Shown here: positions 35,499 through 49,520 of the stretch, one piece after another
How the letters are laid out: every line of letters starts with the position of its first letter
Position numbering within the stretch: position 1 is the stretch's first letter
NCBI GenBank assembly: GCA_040437565.1
Contig: JBDOQK010000004.1
Coordinates: 744,001 to 808,000 of the forward strand
Origin: Albugo candida
Taxonomy: Eukaryota
Length of the DNA stretch: 64,000 bases
Direction of reading: 5' to 3'
The notes under the pieces: model-generated
Told to the model about the DNA's origin: nothing
The model's database searches: none
The model's input: only the letters and a program-made list of their open reading frames with translations
Made by a program: the position numbers and the translations under genes

Positions 35499-37192
35499 TT
35501 ATATTTTCTCCGCTCCTGCATCATCGATAAGCTTCTGAATTTGGAACTGTTTCTCAATCACGAGTCGAACATCCTCAACGTCTACTAGACTCTCTAAAAA
35601 TGGAAGCAAGTGCAATAGCTCTCGGTCCTGCTCATCGTCGAACCAGCTCTCAATTGGAATCCCGTTGTTGACCTGTCGTATACATCAAAACCACATGCAC
35701 CATGAATACATCCAGCAGACTAGATGCTGTGCGATGACTTACTTGGTATCCAAACGCATGAGGCGAGTTATCGACCAGTACCACTCGAGCTAAATCACGC
35801 CCGAGAACGTTCAAGTCTTTCAGAAAGTTTCCATCTACTTCTAGGCAGTCCTCACGATACAGTCGATATCTAATTCAAAGCTGATCAATCACAATTTCAA
35901 ATGTAACAAACTCCCTACTTGATCAAATCGCGATTGGGATCGAGTAAGTTCAATAGTTTTTCAGCATAAACGCGTTGGGAAGCAGTAAATACCACAAGCT
36001 CAAACTGTTTTGTGACTCGCTTCAAGAAATAATGCATGTGCGGACGCAATGAGACATTCACATTGTAGTTTGTTCCATTGAAAAAGACCTGTCGAGGTTC
36101 ATGTCAGCGGCGATCTCCATTGCAATTGAGCATAGACTGCGTACATCAAATTGGAAGTTGGGATTCTCAATCGTCTCCACACTACAGTGGACCAAAGTTT
36201 CGTCCAGGTCGAGGACCTGAAATACGAAGGTGAAGAGCGTTTAAGATAGCAAAGACTGTGGCGTGGTACCAAGCAAATGTTGGGCGTATGAGATGATCTT
36301 GGCGGCAATACGACTGGACGTTTTTTCTGGACTATTGTTTCGTATGCTGGAAGATTCTTCATGAAAAAGAAACTGTGATTGTGTAAGCAATGAACGATGA
36401 TGGTAAAGTTTCCAGGGTGACTCGCAATGCGGCTACGTACGGATCAAACTCTGTGGCTTCAACAGCACTCTGCTCTTCATTTTCATCCGTAGTGCTCACT
36501 ATGCTGTCTTCATAAGCAAGCATACATGGCTCTGTGTCATCAAACTGTTCTCCATCATACCACGAGCTCACAGATCGATCTGATGTGTACCCATTACTAT
36601 CTCGACGATGTAGATGCTTGACGCCTGGAACGCTGACTGATGACGAAGTAGAGATTGAATTTCTGCTTTGTCGATGAGGTGGCTGTACTTTCAATGCCGG
36701 TGAGAATATGGTCGCACCAGAATCCGATACATTTTGTTTTGCTTCAGAATGCTCATTATTCTTTACATACAGTACGTTTTGCATCGTAGAGCCCCTTTCT
36801 CTTGATAAAGTGTCATTTTTTCCTTTCATTTCTTCATTTCTGAGATCATCATCATACTCATTAAGAAGCTTTCGGGGTGAGAAGAATGGTTCATCATTGG
36901 AATTGATTGCTAATTGCGGAGTATCTTCTTTATCCGAACTCGGACAGCCATTCGTATCGGATAGAGCGACAGGATTCCGCCTTCGTAGTTTTGGTTTTGT
37001 ACTTTTCATATTTTCTGCATAAATGTATTACGATGGGAATCAGCTGATAGGACCGCATAGAAGCATCATAAAACCTCGTTTTTTTATCGATTGGCGCTTC
37101 ATTGGAGTTGATGCAATAGGCGAGTTTGGATCATCATAATTTCCAGTCGCTGGTACATTACATTTGGGGTCCACAGAGCGTTGGTGCTTCAT
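35499..37192 (-). CDS. FCP/SCP-family CTD small phosphatase (CTDSPL2/SCP4-like), multi-exon
   Basis: VLDLDETLVHC (DxDxT) at ~36215-36185, FTASQRVYAEKLLNLLDP, KDLNVLGRDLARVVLVDNSPHAF and NGIPIESWFDD; Ser-rich N-terminus. Start could instead be 37279. Confidence 0.92.
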
Positions 37193-39857
37193 TCTATCCG
37201 GTCCGAGCTTCTGATGATCGAGAGTTCCAATTGCTGTGAATTCGACCAATCCAATACATGTAACCATATCCGATAGCATAGATTCTTAACATTCGAGGCA
37301 ACGAAGGCATTGTATCGCAGCAGAGTGATCGACCTTCGATGCACAACTGCAGCTACGAATTAGTCTCCAACAGCAGGTTAATCAAGGAGACAGTCATCCG
37401 CGATGAACTGTAGCGGTTTTTTCGACGAAAGTATTAATCCAGACTCAAAGTAGCGGAGCTTTCTCAAGGATGATCGACCACTAGTTATCAATGCCTGTGA
37501 ACAAAACCGGTAGAATATTTCTGTCTCGTTTTGCAAAAGTTTCAAGATATGTCAAGATCGCACCATCTTATACATTCAAAGGTACGAGAATTACGGAATT
37601 ATCGAAGTGACACTATATCGCGATGATTTGCTCTTTATTCGCACTTCACCCACACTCTTCTCAGTCTATTCAGAAGATCAATCGCTTCTGTTTACGGCAT
37701 CATTCTGTATCGGGGGGATGTACTCTACTAAGGCGCACTTGCTATTCCTCAGTGCATTCTACATCTCTGCATAAAAGTTGGGGATCGTTTAAAGCTGTGA
37801 GGCCCGGGATCTAGGTGGTTGATGAAGTAAGCAAGGTATCAATCTACAAAACATCCGACGATCAAGTTTTTTGTATTTACAGAGGTTGACTATCAGCTCA
37901 CTATATGAAAGCATAACAAAGCTCCAAATTTGTCGAGCGTGGAGCTGACGAGACTCAGTATCACTGTATCGAATTTGAATAAAATCGAAAAAGCCTGGCG
38001 AAGTACCCATCACAGATGAGGCACGGAAAACTTACGATGAGATTTCCGGATACCTACGCGCGTTCTCGATTAATGATGGATATTTCTTTGATCGGCTAAT
38101 TTTATTATCCTATTCTTGACACATTGTTTCGATGTATGGTGTCCTGGCAGCGAGCTCATCTGGTGTCGGTGGTTCGTACTGATGCAATGAAAGCTGCCTC
38201 CGAGATCGATATGATCAATGGGTGCCGATAAAATAGACAGACGCTTGAACTTTTTATTATCTAATTCGTCGAAAGAGCTATAAGGCCACTTCTCTCAAGT
38301 GTCTATCGGCTTGACAATACAGAAATGATTGACCTTGGATGCGACATCCGCTTGCAACCCGTATCTGTTGTGATCGTTCAGTATAAAGACTAGCAAAGAA
38401 ATAAGAGAGATATCGTCATATCGCTTGTGTGCCAGGAAGAGATTTCAGGTATTCAGTATGATACACATTTAAGAGTTTATCGCGTAAGTCATTTTGCCAA
38501 GGCCTAATCCAGCCGACTGGGGGCTATTGGAAGCATTAGGTGTTAGGAGTTACATCTTCAAAGTATTGCTTACGTTCTTACAAGAAGGACAGCGGGAGAA
38601 GTGTCCAACTATGTTACTGCAGACCTCCAGGTAAACCCTTCACCCCCTTGCAAATCATCTCGACGCATCGTGTCAACTACAGAGATACCGCTCAACCTTA
38701 GTCTTATAAGCATACTGAAGCGTAAATCAAGGGTCACCTAGTGCATCCTCCTTCCTCTTGCGCCATCGCAATGCGACATCTACAGCAATTTCGATCAACT
38801 TTCTGAAGAAGTCGCTTGGACTCGAGTTTCACGGCACCACATGTATCGATTTCAAGGGGGTGATTTCGAGCTTGGCAAGTGACTCCATAACGAGAACTTT
38901 CTCATCACAATATCTTTGCGGCAGAAATTGGTACAGTACCACATACTTCTTTTAATCTGGTGTACGGGGGCATGCAGCCTGGGCAGTTCATTTCTGGTCA
39001 AAATCAAATCAGTGCTCTGTGAATCTGTCTAGTACATAGTCAAACGCAGCGCTAAATGTTGACTAAGATTTAGCCGGTACTACTCCATCAAAATGTTCGT
39101 GAACGGTAAGCCAGATGCTATGGATATACATTTAGCATGCAGACTACATGAATCGAGTCATGCGCATCACCAAAATGTTGCAGCTTCTTGTGATGATTGG
39201 TCTATACTCATGTGATATCAACTGCGATCGACATCGCGTATTTGGGTGGCGTTTGAACCTTGGAGTCGGTACACCTAAGGTGGCGAGAGTACAATGGCTT
39301 CATACCTCTTTTTATCACCATATGTAGGCACTAACAGCGCTCGAGCGCGGACGCTGATGCAGGTCAGATAGTAGGCAGCGTTGGATCCACCAGCCTGGTC
39401 ATGCTATGGGTTTTCTCACGTGCAATTTGAGCTCTTTACTTATGCAATATATTTAATGCGGCTCATCTACTATGTGTGTAAATTCGAGTGCTCGCGCCTG
39501 GATATCGGATATATAATTTGGACGCATCTTGTCATCGATCGGTTCTTCTGTGGGTGTGTTTAGTAAAATCATATACAACTGAAAAACAATGAGTCAAATC
39601 AAAATGATATGAGGTAATTTGCGAGCATGATCCCTTCACCTCGTTGACAAAACATTCTTATCGTTGCAGGAATGCTAATCAGAGTAAAGTCATTTGCAGT
39701 ATTGCCCGGCTTGCCGTGAATGTATTAAGATTTACGGCATAGGTAAAGAATGCGAAATTGAACGTATTCCAGCTGCATCAGTCATATTTGTATGGGATTT
39801 GGTTGCTAGACATATACACTTTCGATATGTTAGTCTGGCTTTGTTCAAGTTGTCGCA

Positions 39858-41369
39858 TTATTCTATAATTGCCAGGTTAAGATCAACAGCTTGTGAAAGA
39901 CCAAACAGTTGGGGAATTAAGCTGAAAGCCATAGGTCGGAGGCGGTTTGCTTGTACAGTTCCGTAGTCGCATATTTTACGACACCCGATGCTCCTAGCTG
40001 CAGATGCGCAAATAGCTTCGATCGTTTGTTGCGAACCAACGCCAGTAAGAATCCATCTAGAATTCATGTCCACTACATACACACTGGTATGAAACGCAAC
40101 ATGGGCAACAATATGATCGAAGATGTCGATAAATTCATTGCGATGAATCGTAACGAGCAGATAATTTTGCGGTGCTGGAGGATGTAACGACGTCTCCGGC
40201 TGTCCGCAGAAGCTGTTAGGAAATACTGTAGTACTAAAGCATTTCTTGCACTTGTCTGCAATATAGAAACGATGCGGCGCCCTTTGCAAATATATGAAGC
40301 TGCTCATGTATGTAGTGAGACGAACGCCCGAAATCGAAGATCCTGGCTCAAGGGTCTTGATGCAATGCTCACACTCAGCATTCTCAATGTCAATCAGTCT
40401 GAAAGTCGTTAAATCGGATTTGGACGTCATCCATGGGCTTGGTGGTCTGATAACATGTAAACATTGAGATGCCTCAACATTAATTCCAGGATATTGCATG
40501 ATATCTGGGTGTAGACCGGGTTTCATTTCCGTGTGATCATGAGCGGTTTCTATCGACTCCAATGTTCTACATCCGGACAAATTGTATATGGGTATGGTCC
40601 CAGACCCGATAAATATCAAAGCAGAAGAATCCTCTTCACCTGAATCAGAATGCCCCAGTCGCGTCAAAATGTTTGTCGCTTCTGCGAGTGATTGAAAGCA
40701 CTTTGCGCGGTTTGTTTTACTGAATGTCACGCGAACCTTGTGGTAAGGTTGTTTTTCAGGCAATTCATTTAGATCAAACATGTGCGTTATACAATATGCA
40801 CGTGACAATGTTTTCATCCCACCGCATTTTTGAGTACACCTTAATGAATGTTGTCCCGATGAATAATACCAAAACATCCAATGATAGACCGTCTCTATGA
40901 CCACCCAGTATTTTTTTATGTAGCTGCCATGATTGCTCAGACACTCTTGACAAGTGGTCACTTCTGTAAGATATCTGTAGTCCACGGCGATACATTGCGC
41001 CGTGGATGTATCCGTTGGAGGAGCCATGTTTGTCACAGACTGTACCCCAATTTGTGCTGGCTCAGGAAACGAAATGCTATCGCAAGTATCCATGCCTTTG
41101 CAGACATCTCGAAGAATGGTCGCCGAAAAATCATCAGAAATGTCGGCGTAATACGTGAATTTATCCGCTGCAAGAGGATAGGAGACGTTATGTGCTCCTT
41201 CTCTAATAAGTGTAATATTATCACCGTGAAAATTACTCAGTATGCAATCGCGGCACTTGAGTACCCGCCTATTTTTTTTTGGCGTGGTAAAAGTAATTCG
41301 TGTACTTTTACAGCAGCCTAGACTCCCGATCAAGAAGACGAGGGCCAACGGTGAAGCTTTGCGGACCAT
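39858..41369 (-). CDS. Secreted Cys-patterned protein, candidate Albugo CCG (CHxC)-class effector
   Basis: Signal-like MVRKASPLALVFLIGSLGCC, then CRDCILSNFHG at residue 39; intronless 503 aa in a gene-sparse region; further CxxC modules downstream. Confidence 0.75.
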   Translation of the reverse strand: MVRKASPLALVFLIGSLGCCKSTRITFTTPKKNRRVLKCRDCILSNFHGDNITLIREGAHNVSYPLAADKFTYYADISDDFSATILRDVCKGMDTCDSISFPEPAQIGVQSVTNMAPPTDTSTAQCIAVDYRYLTEVTTCQECLSNHGSYIKKYWVVIETVYHWMFWYYSSGQHSLRCTQKCGGMKTLSRAYCITHMFDLNELPEKQPYHKVRVTFSKTNRAKCFQSLAEATNILTRLGHSDSGEEDSSALIFIGSGTIPIYNLSGCRTLESIETAHDHTEMKPGLHPDIMQYPGINVEASQCLHVIRPPSPWMTSKSDLTTFRLIDIENAECEHCIKTLEPGSSISGVRLTTYMSSFIYLQRAPHRFYIADKCKKCFSTTVFPNSFCGQPETSLHPPAPQNYLLVTIHRNEFIDIFDHIVAHVAFHTSVYVVDMNSRWILTGVGSQQTIEAICASAARSIGCRKICDYGTVQANRLRPMAFSLIPQLFGLSQAVDLNLAIIE

Positions 41370-43364
41370 TCTTTTATGTTTTGGATTTGTACACTAACAA
41401 TGCAACAGTATACGCGTATAGCAACAATAGTTTGATTGTTTGTGATCGTACAATGTGTCTACCTATCGGCACGATTTTCTTGAACTCAGCAACCTCGAGA
41501 TCTCTCAAGAAATGTGGGTTCTTATCGTACCCAGACTTCTGCATCTCGCCATTTTTTAGTACGGTATTGTGTTTAATGGCATCCTCTCGTACAGACGACG
41601 AATATAACGCTTCTCGTAAAATCGCTCTAATTAGTGTAAATAAGTGTATTGAGATCCCTCGCATTGTAAAGCATCGACTTGATTACTTGGAGCGACCACT
41701 CAATGCTTAGAGATCGAAGAAGGCATCTTTTGCTTTCGACATTACGAGCCATGCGTGTGCAACTACTAAAGTGACAATTGAGGACGCTTAATCCCATTTT
41801 TAAGACAAAGTGAGGTAATCTCTTAGGTAGGAATAGATTTGGGTCGGTGGAGAAGGTTTCGATAAGAAAACTCGCTGATGAAAATCTGAGGAATAAGAAG
41901 TTGTTTTTGCATGACACCTGAAACTGTCCTTGATGTTTTCATTGCGTTAAATGAATCGTTAGGAGGAATTGGTCATAATCCTCACAATCCAGCATTCATA
42001 TGCGACCTGGTTTTCATTTCAACGCATTAGATGTTTAGATATGCTCTTTGCTACCAGACATCAATGCTACTTTACATTGCTCTCCAAAACAAAGAGACGG
42101 CTATGATGTTATTGCCCGTTTTCAAGCACTACGCCTTGTAGATGCGTATTGAATTTGAGTGGAGATGAGGTGCTGTAGAATCCCAAGCTTTTATAAAATT
42201 GCGAAATGAGACAGTAGATGCTGTCGTTTAGGAGAGTGAAGTCGCCAACGCATTAGAAGCACAGCACATCAACTGAACAGTATGATGGTCAAGTGCACCC
42301 ACAAGAGCGCTTGGGCAAGGTCTATCTTGAGATAGTTGCGAGTTTTTAAGCCCGTAGTGTGTACGAGATATAGAAAGCACGAACTGGTTCTGTTCATGCA
42401 CGCATGAAATACGGCATCATAATCGGTGGTGACTCTGTATTTCAGATGTTGGGAGACACTCCGGGCTAGCATGGGCTCCTACCCAGTTCCGCTGAGATAT
42501 ATAAATATAACTGAGGTAACTTCATCTCGTATCTAGCTTATCTAGATCCCATTCGTTTCACACGGATCCTTCAGTAAAATATATCTGCTAATTTCTCAAG
42601 TCATACCTTTAATAACAGTCAGCTTACCGGGCTCTGGCTGTCACTTTAGCAATGTGCATGCTTTTCATCTGTATTGTGGGATACTGAATCCTGCTTCTTT
42701 GCTGTAAAGCCTCATCAAATATGTGATTCATACTGCACAAATCGATGTTACCCACCCATTATTGGAATGCTCCATGGATTATCGCACTCATATAAACGTA
42801 ATTTCAGTAGCCTACGCAACGACTGTCCTGCTATCATACATTCTAGCATTTCGTATGAACTCCGTCAGTGGCAAATTGCTCCGTACTTTCGAAATTCGAT
42901 TTGCCGATCTGTGAAGTGGTCATGCCACTCACTTGAAACCAGCCAAGTAAAATGCAATAGCACCCGTTATGATTTGAAGGACAGCCAACTTACCTTCTCA
43001 GGCTCGCTTTAACTCACGTTACTTCCCGCACGCATAAACATCTTTGATGCATCCAATTCCTCCGTACAAATTTGCATCAGCAAATCCATTTTCTTCAAGA
43101 ATTGTTTTCAAACACATAGTCCATGAAAATCGATCGATTTAATTGGCGGTTATTCTAAAGCAAGTAGCGATCACGAGACAATGTACACGTGACAGCTATA
43201 GTGAGGTAGAACATTTTTTCGAGATAGACTTGTGCTCACTGAGAAGATTAGGCTCACACACATCTACATCTAAATATACCACTTATGCCTCTATTTACTC
43301 GCAATTTGCCGGTCAATAGTAATAGTGTCATCGTGTGTAAATACGAGTGCATTGTGTTGATTGA

Positions 43365-44612
<1,248 letters not shown>

Positions 44613-45206
44613 TCACTGCAGTGGGATCACAAAAGATGCATTCCTCACGGCACTACGTGCAAGAAATAGAAGAGGATACAATATCCCTAATCGTTGGATC
44701 TCGAAAGTGGTTCTATTTGGACCTTCTTGGATAAATAGCTCATGAAAGAAAGACAATTTCGCATTCTGTACGATATGCGATAACTCCTGAGCAACGTCCG
44801 AAAGGATTGGCTCCAATTCTGATCTCTTCAGCTCAGACAAGACGCAATTAGACTGAAAACTTGAACCAAGTGCTTTGTCCTTTTTCACCAGTTGACTTCA
44901 TTTTATTGCGTGTAGCGCTGCGTCACCCTTTTTTTTCGATGGGCTTTGTGCCATTTGTCCTATGGCTTGACGTATTTCCGTGTAATAAAGAGATCTAATG
45001 GGCAAGGCGCCTCACTCAATTCTACTGACTGAGAGGTATGAGACGATGCTACCACTTGGAATTTCCATACTTTCCACAGCCAATTGCTTTCTTAGTCATT
45101 GCAAATTGGTGGCCGCCAGCAAGCGCCTTCACAATATCCCAATAGCGAGTCTCCGCCTATCGAATGACACGTATGGCTCCGAATTACGTGTCCACATATC
45201 ACAGCA

Positions 45207-46221
45207 ATGCTAGACTATCGCGAGACATTTTCGGGTGTGATTGGAGCGTGTTGTTGTGTCTACGCAGGTCTTCCGTTCGAGGTGATAAAAGTGCGACTTC
45301 AAACACAGGAATCGACGCAGCATTACCGAAATGTTTTGCACGCTTTCCAACGGATCGCAAAGGAGGAAGGAATCACAGCGTTATGGAAGGGAGCTCTTCC
45401 AGCACTATCAAGCTCCATCCTAGAAAACGCGGTTCTATTCAGTGTGAACGGAATAGCCCATCGAGCAGTTTTGGCGCTGCACATGCGCCGAAGAAAAGAA
45501 GAAGACTGCGAGTACACGTTGACGAGCGTCGACGAAGCGCTCATGGGAAGTGTTGCAGGCATTTTCTCTGCTACCGTACGTCATCGTCTCTCTTGCAAGC
45601 TTGTTTAAAGTGTTATGTATCAGGCTATCACGCCACCTGAAGCGATCAAATGCAAGCTACAATTCCAGAGAGGCCGTGCTGGAGAAGGAGGTTCGCTTCC
45701 GCCATGTGGAGGCTTGTACTGACCCTCACAAATGCCGCTCCATAGAGTTTCGTGGGCCCATCGATTGCGTTTTGAAGACTTTGCGTCAAGAAGGCATTTT
45801 AGGTCTGTTTCGGGGCTATTCGGCAATGCTGCTACGCGACATTCCCTTCAATTTTTTCTTTTTTGGCGCATACAATTTTTACACGTTGTCCTTTACAAAG
45901 CTCCTCGGTGTGGAGTCCAAAAAAGACTTACATCCGTTGATGATCCTTGTTTCTGGAGGAATGGCTGGCGCAACAGGATGGAGCATTGTCTTCCCTGCGG
46001 ATGTGCTCAAATCGCACATGCAGACCGCATCCGTGTCTTCAGCCAAGTCGTTAGGACTCCGGGATGCTGCTCGTTTGGTATACAACACACACGGTTATCA
46101 AGGCTTTTATCGCGGATGGACAGCAGCAGTTTCCCGTGCGTTTCCAGCAAATGGCTCATTATTTCTTGGCGTCGAAATGACACATCGTATTTTTCGCTTT
46201 TTGGAGTCAGAGAGAGAATAA
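45207..46221 (+). CDS. Mitochondrial carrier (SLC25; carnitine/ornithine-carrier-like), 3 exons
   Basis: Three PxD/ExxK signatures (PFEVIKVRLQ, PPEAIKCKLQ, PADVLKSHMQ) plus RAFPANG. Confidence 0.93.
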
Positions 46222-46430
46222 TCGCTCGATTTCGACGTTTTTTGTGGAAATTGAATCAAGTGATTCGATGTCAGTTGCTTGCTATCGTTTGAGCTCTCGA
46301 GCCAAAGCCATTGACTGAGAAATACTCGAAGGAGGAAACCAGTTTTATCGCAGACTCTGATGCTCAAAATGCATACATTGTATTGCCCCTACAACAAGAA
46401 TCCTCGGTGCTTTACTCTCGAAGCGCATGC

Positions 46431-49313
46431 TCATGAAGCAGTACTGGTGTGAGTTTTGGTAGCCATCAATTGAGCCACATTTGCTTTCAAATCTTCCAGC
46501 AAAGTTCCAGCATCCTCAATTAGCTCGTTTTCTGCACGCAAGACGTCGTAACACATTCGCTTCTTATCATCCGAGATGCAGGGAGGGTTCTCAATTGTTC
46601 GCATATCATCTTCCGCTACTGCTTCTCGGCTCAATGCGCTTGCTTCGAGTTGATCGATGAGACGACTGCTACTCTCGCAAATGTGAGTGACACGCGGCTT
46701 TAATCGACGAATTTGGAGTGAGAAATCTTCCAAATCGTTTCGATATTGGATTTCCGCTTGCGAAAGATGTGGCTGTTTCTCTCGCAATTTGTGAATGATA
46801 CAAGCCGCACGCTTTTGTAGCTTTTGCTGAGTATCACGAGCTTCATTCAGTTTTTCTTCAAGCTTCTCGGCCATGCTTCTACTCTCCAAAATCGACGTTT
46901 TCGCATTATCAGCTCGGTCACGGAGCGATTTCGCCATTTCTTGCAAAAATTCGCTTCGATCGCAAATGGCTTGATTCAATTCGTCCATGTACCCGATATC
47001 CTCATACAAAACTCGGACCCGTTCCAGAGCGAATTTGACAGTGCTTTCATCGGCATCCTCCAGTCGTGTGGTTCCACTCACTCTCATGCCTCGTGCCGCA
47101 AGAATTCCCGCTTTTTCTTCCAGTATATCGACAAATGGCCGGGTACTCGCTGTCCATCCATCGATCTTCCCTAGCGAGGAAGCTTCTCGTTTACGTATCA
47201 ATTCCGGGTAGAGATCATTGGTATTCATTCGCGGACCTCCCACAGCGGAAGCGCTCATATTTACAAGCTCGAGACTTCCCGAGGCCAAACGAACGAGCAA
47301 AAAATGACCCACAAACACATTTTTCAATGTGTGCGCTCCAATTATTCGTGAAGACGTTTTTTGAGCATTTGTGTGGGACTCTGGCGGAGGACTGAGACTA
47401 AATACCTGACGAACACTTGTCTGAGGAAGCTTCTCGAAGCTTTTCCCCGATATGAGACGAACGACCCAGTCCACATTGAGAACGTAGATACCAGTCGAAT
47501 GGAATCCATAGACCAGACGTTGATCATTAGCGTCGCATTCGAGCCTTAATCTCCCTGCAGTCATGTCAATTCCAAGATGGAAAGAGTCGAGTAATAGCGC
47601 GGTGAGTTTTAAGTCGAGCAAATGAGAATTGCTTTTCCAGCGTGGACGCACTGGCTGATCAAGTAAGTGAAGCTCAATGTGACCTGACGAGTACGAAAGG
47701 GCTAAGAGAGCATTGACTGGCGCATGTGAATCGCTTGGTACTTTGTAGGGAATGTGGATAAACGAGCATGCGGTCATTGATGCGTTTGACTCTGTTTGAT
47801 TGGATGAAGGGAATGCTTTTGTTGAAGATAATGGACCTTGAAGAGCCAGAGGCCACGTCTCGGGAGAAATTCCACTATTGTGAGGCTTCAAATAGTGATA
47901 ATAATCGTTGAGTTTGGATGAAGCTTTACTCGGGCGTTCATTTCCATTGTCAGTACAACAAGCCCAAGCTTTCTTCAGCCAATACTTTTGTGACTTGAGC
48001 ACGGCCACATGAGCCTGAATATCGCTCGGAGAACATTCCGACGGTGTACCAGCCTTCATTTCCCCACATCTCATTTTGTACAACTCCAACCGTGCGTCGA
48101 TTTCTGTGCGTAATGATTTTAAAGTTGATTTATGAAGCTTGGACTCATACGGCACCAGAGGGCAAAGTATGTATACAGCTCCGTCCGATCGAAGGATGTA
48201 ACATGCGAAAATATCCCAAAAACTTGATCCTTGACCAATGGAGAAGCCTACGGTTCGTACACGTTGTAAACTACTTATATTTGCTGAAGAAAATGATCCT
48301 TTTGCGATAGGAAATTCCAAAATATGCTTTTGTTCGGGGATCGAGGTGTCGTGTTGAACATTATATAGCAACAGCTCATCGCTATCGCTGAGTACAGCCA
48401 AGTGAGAACAGCTTAGCGGATGCCATACCGCATCGATCGCATTGTGCACGGCTCCGATCTGCTGCACGATCGCATTCTGGTCACCGTACAAATTCTCCGA
48501 AACGGAGATCACCTTGTAGCTTCTTTTACTGCGAGTCGAAATCTGACTATTGATATAGATTTGGACGCGTTGGCATAAAGCGCGGAAGCCAATTGTCTTT
48601 CTGGAATGAAGACCAGATTTCTCACTCACTTCATTCAGTGAAAGCGTTTGCGTGGAGCCGTCTTCGAAAGTGACATAAAGATGCTGTGTGTGATGTTTGG
48701 AAGACGTCGCTTTTGGAAGTACATGCAGTACATTGAGAGATTCGCTTCCAAGTCGATTTTTTGAGCCATTTTGCACACATTTATCTCGCTGAAAAGTATC
48801 CTCTTCTTCGCATTTATGGGACTTTGGTAGAAGGACAACTTTAACCCAAGCGGAAGAAATCAACGCGATGCAAGTCCCATCAGAGTTCCAGTCGATACGT
48901 TCCACCATTGTGATTTCTTCTGCACTTAGCGGAGGCTCTAAGGTCACATGATATAAACGATTCTGAGCATTTTCTTCTCTTCTGAAAGGATCAGAGGCCG
49001 TCGCGTTGAAAACTTTGCTCTGCGCATTCGATTTCGTCGATTGTAATACGTTTAGGAGATAAAGCCGACGACCGCAAGAGCCTATAAACACACTCAAACC
49101 ACTGGATGGATCGATATCGAATGTTTGTAAGTTTGTATTTTGAGTTGATTTCGAGTACGTTGGAGGAAGAATAGACGCTGCAATCTCAATGTCATCTTTC
49201 AGTCCATACGCTGGCAAATCACGAACGCTTTGTTCGTCTAATCGCGTTGTTCTCTCGTCCGTAGCCATTCCATCAGTATTCCATGACATCGTCATGCTTA
49301 TGATTTTATGCAA
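46431..49313 (-). CDS. NUP88: Nucleoporin Nup88/Nup82-like
   Basis: WHPLSCSHLAVLSDSDELLLYN and YILRSDGAVYILCP in a beta-rich N-terminus; C-terminal coiled coil with PHLSQAE. Confidence 0.8.
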   Translation of the reverse strand: MHKIISMTMSWNTDGMATDERTTRLDEQSVRDLPAYGLKDDIEIAASILPPTYSKSTQNTNLQTFDIDPSSGLSVFIGSCGRRLYLLNVLQSTKSNAQSKVFNATASDPFRREENAQNRLYHVTLEPPLSAEEITMVERIDWNSDGTCIALISSAWVKVVLLPKSHKCEEEDTFQRDKCVQNGSKNRLGSESLNVLHVLPKATSSKHHTQHLYVTFEDGSTQTLSLNEVSEKSGLHSRKTIGFRALCQRVQIYINSQISTRSKRSYKVISVSENLYGDQNAIVQQIGAVHNAIDAVWHPLSCSHLAVLSDSDELLLYNVQHDTSIPEQKHILEFPIAKGSFSSANISSLQRVRTVGFSIGQGSSFWDIFACYILRSDGAVYILCPLVPYESKLHKSTLKSLRTEIDARLELYKMRCGEMKAGTPSECSPSDIQAHVAVLKSQKYWLKKAWACCTDNGNERPSKASSKLNDYYHYLKPHNSGISPETWPLALQGPLSSTKAFPSSNQTESNASMTACSFIHIPYKVPSDSHAPVNALLALSYSSGHIELHLLDQPVRPRWKSNSHLLDLKLTALLLDSFHLGIDMTAGRLRLECDANDQRLVYGFHSTGIYVLNVDWVVRLISGKSFEKLPQTSVRQVFSLSPPPESHTNAQKTSSRIIGAHTLKNVFVGHFLLVRLASGSLELVNMSASAVGGPRMNTNDLYPELIRKREASSLGKIDGWTASTRPFVDILEEKAGILAARGMRVSGTTRLEDADESTVKFALERVRVLYEDIGYMDELNQAICDRSEFLQEMAKSLRDRADNAKTSILESRSMAEKLEEKLNEARDTQQKLQKRAACIIHKLREKQPHLSQAEIQYRNDLEDFSLQIRRLKPRVTHICESSSRLIDQLEASALSREAVAEDDMRTIENPPCISDDKKRMCYDVLRAENELIEDAGTLLEDLKANVAQLMATKTHTSTAS

Positions 49314-49520
49314 GGTGTGATTGGTACAAAATCCGCTCTAAGCGTACAGAGAAATGAAGGGGATACGTTTTCAGAGTAGGGAGCAATATCGGCGCGAAGG
49401 CAATCAATAGGGGAAACGTTTACGAGAAATGCGATTCTGTCGATATTTTGATTAAGAAAAGATTATTTGTAGTTTGACTCATCCACCGGATTGTAAACCT
49501 GCACATTTCCCTCAGTTTGT

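Noticed and set aside
37300-39100. Possible TE remnants in the gene-sparse flank
   Set aside because: I could not identify a convincing motif or repeat by eye; needs RepeatMasker/BLASTX.
41374-41664. 96-aa ORF with HFLR-DLE upstream of the CCG gene as an RxLR-like effector
   Set aside because: Weak signal peptide, no true RxLR-EER, and it ends only 4 bp before the CCG start, in the expected promoter/UTR.
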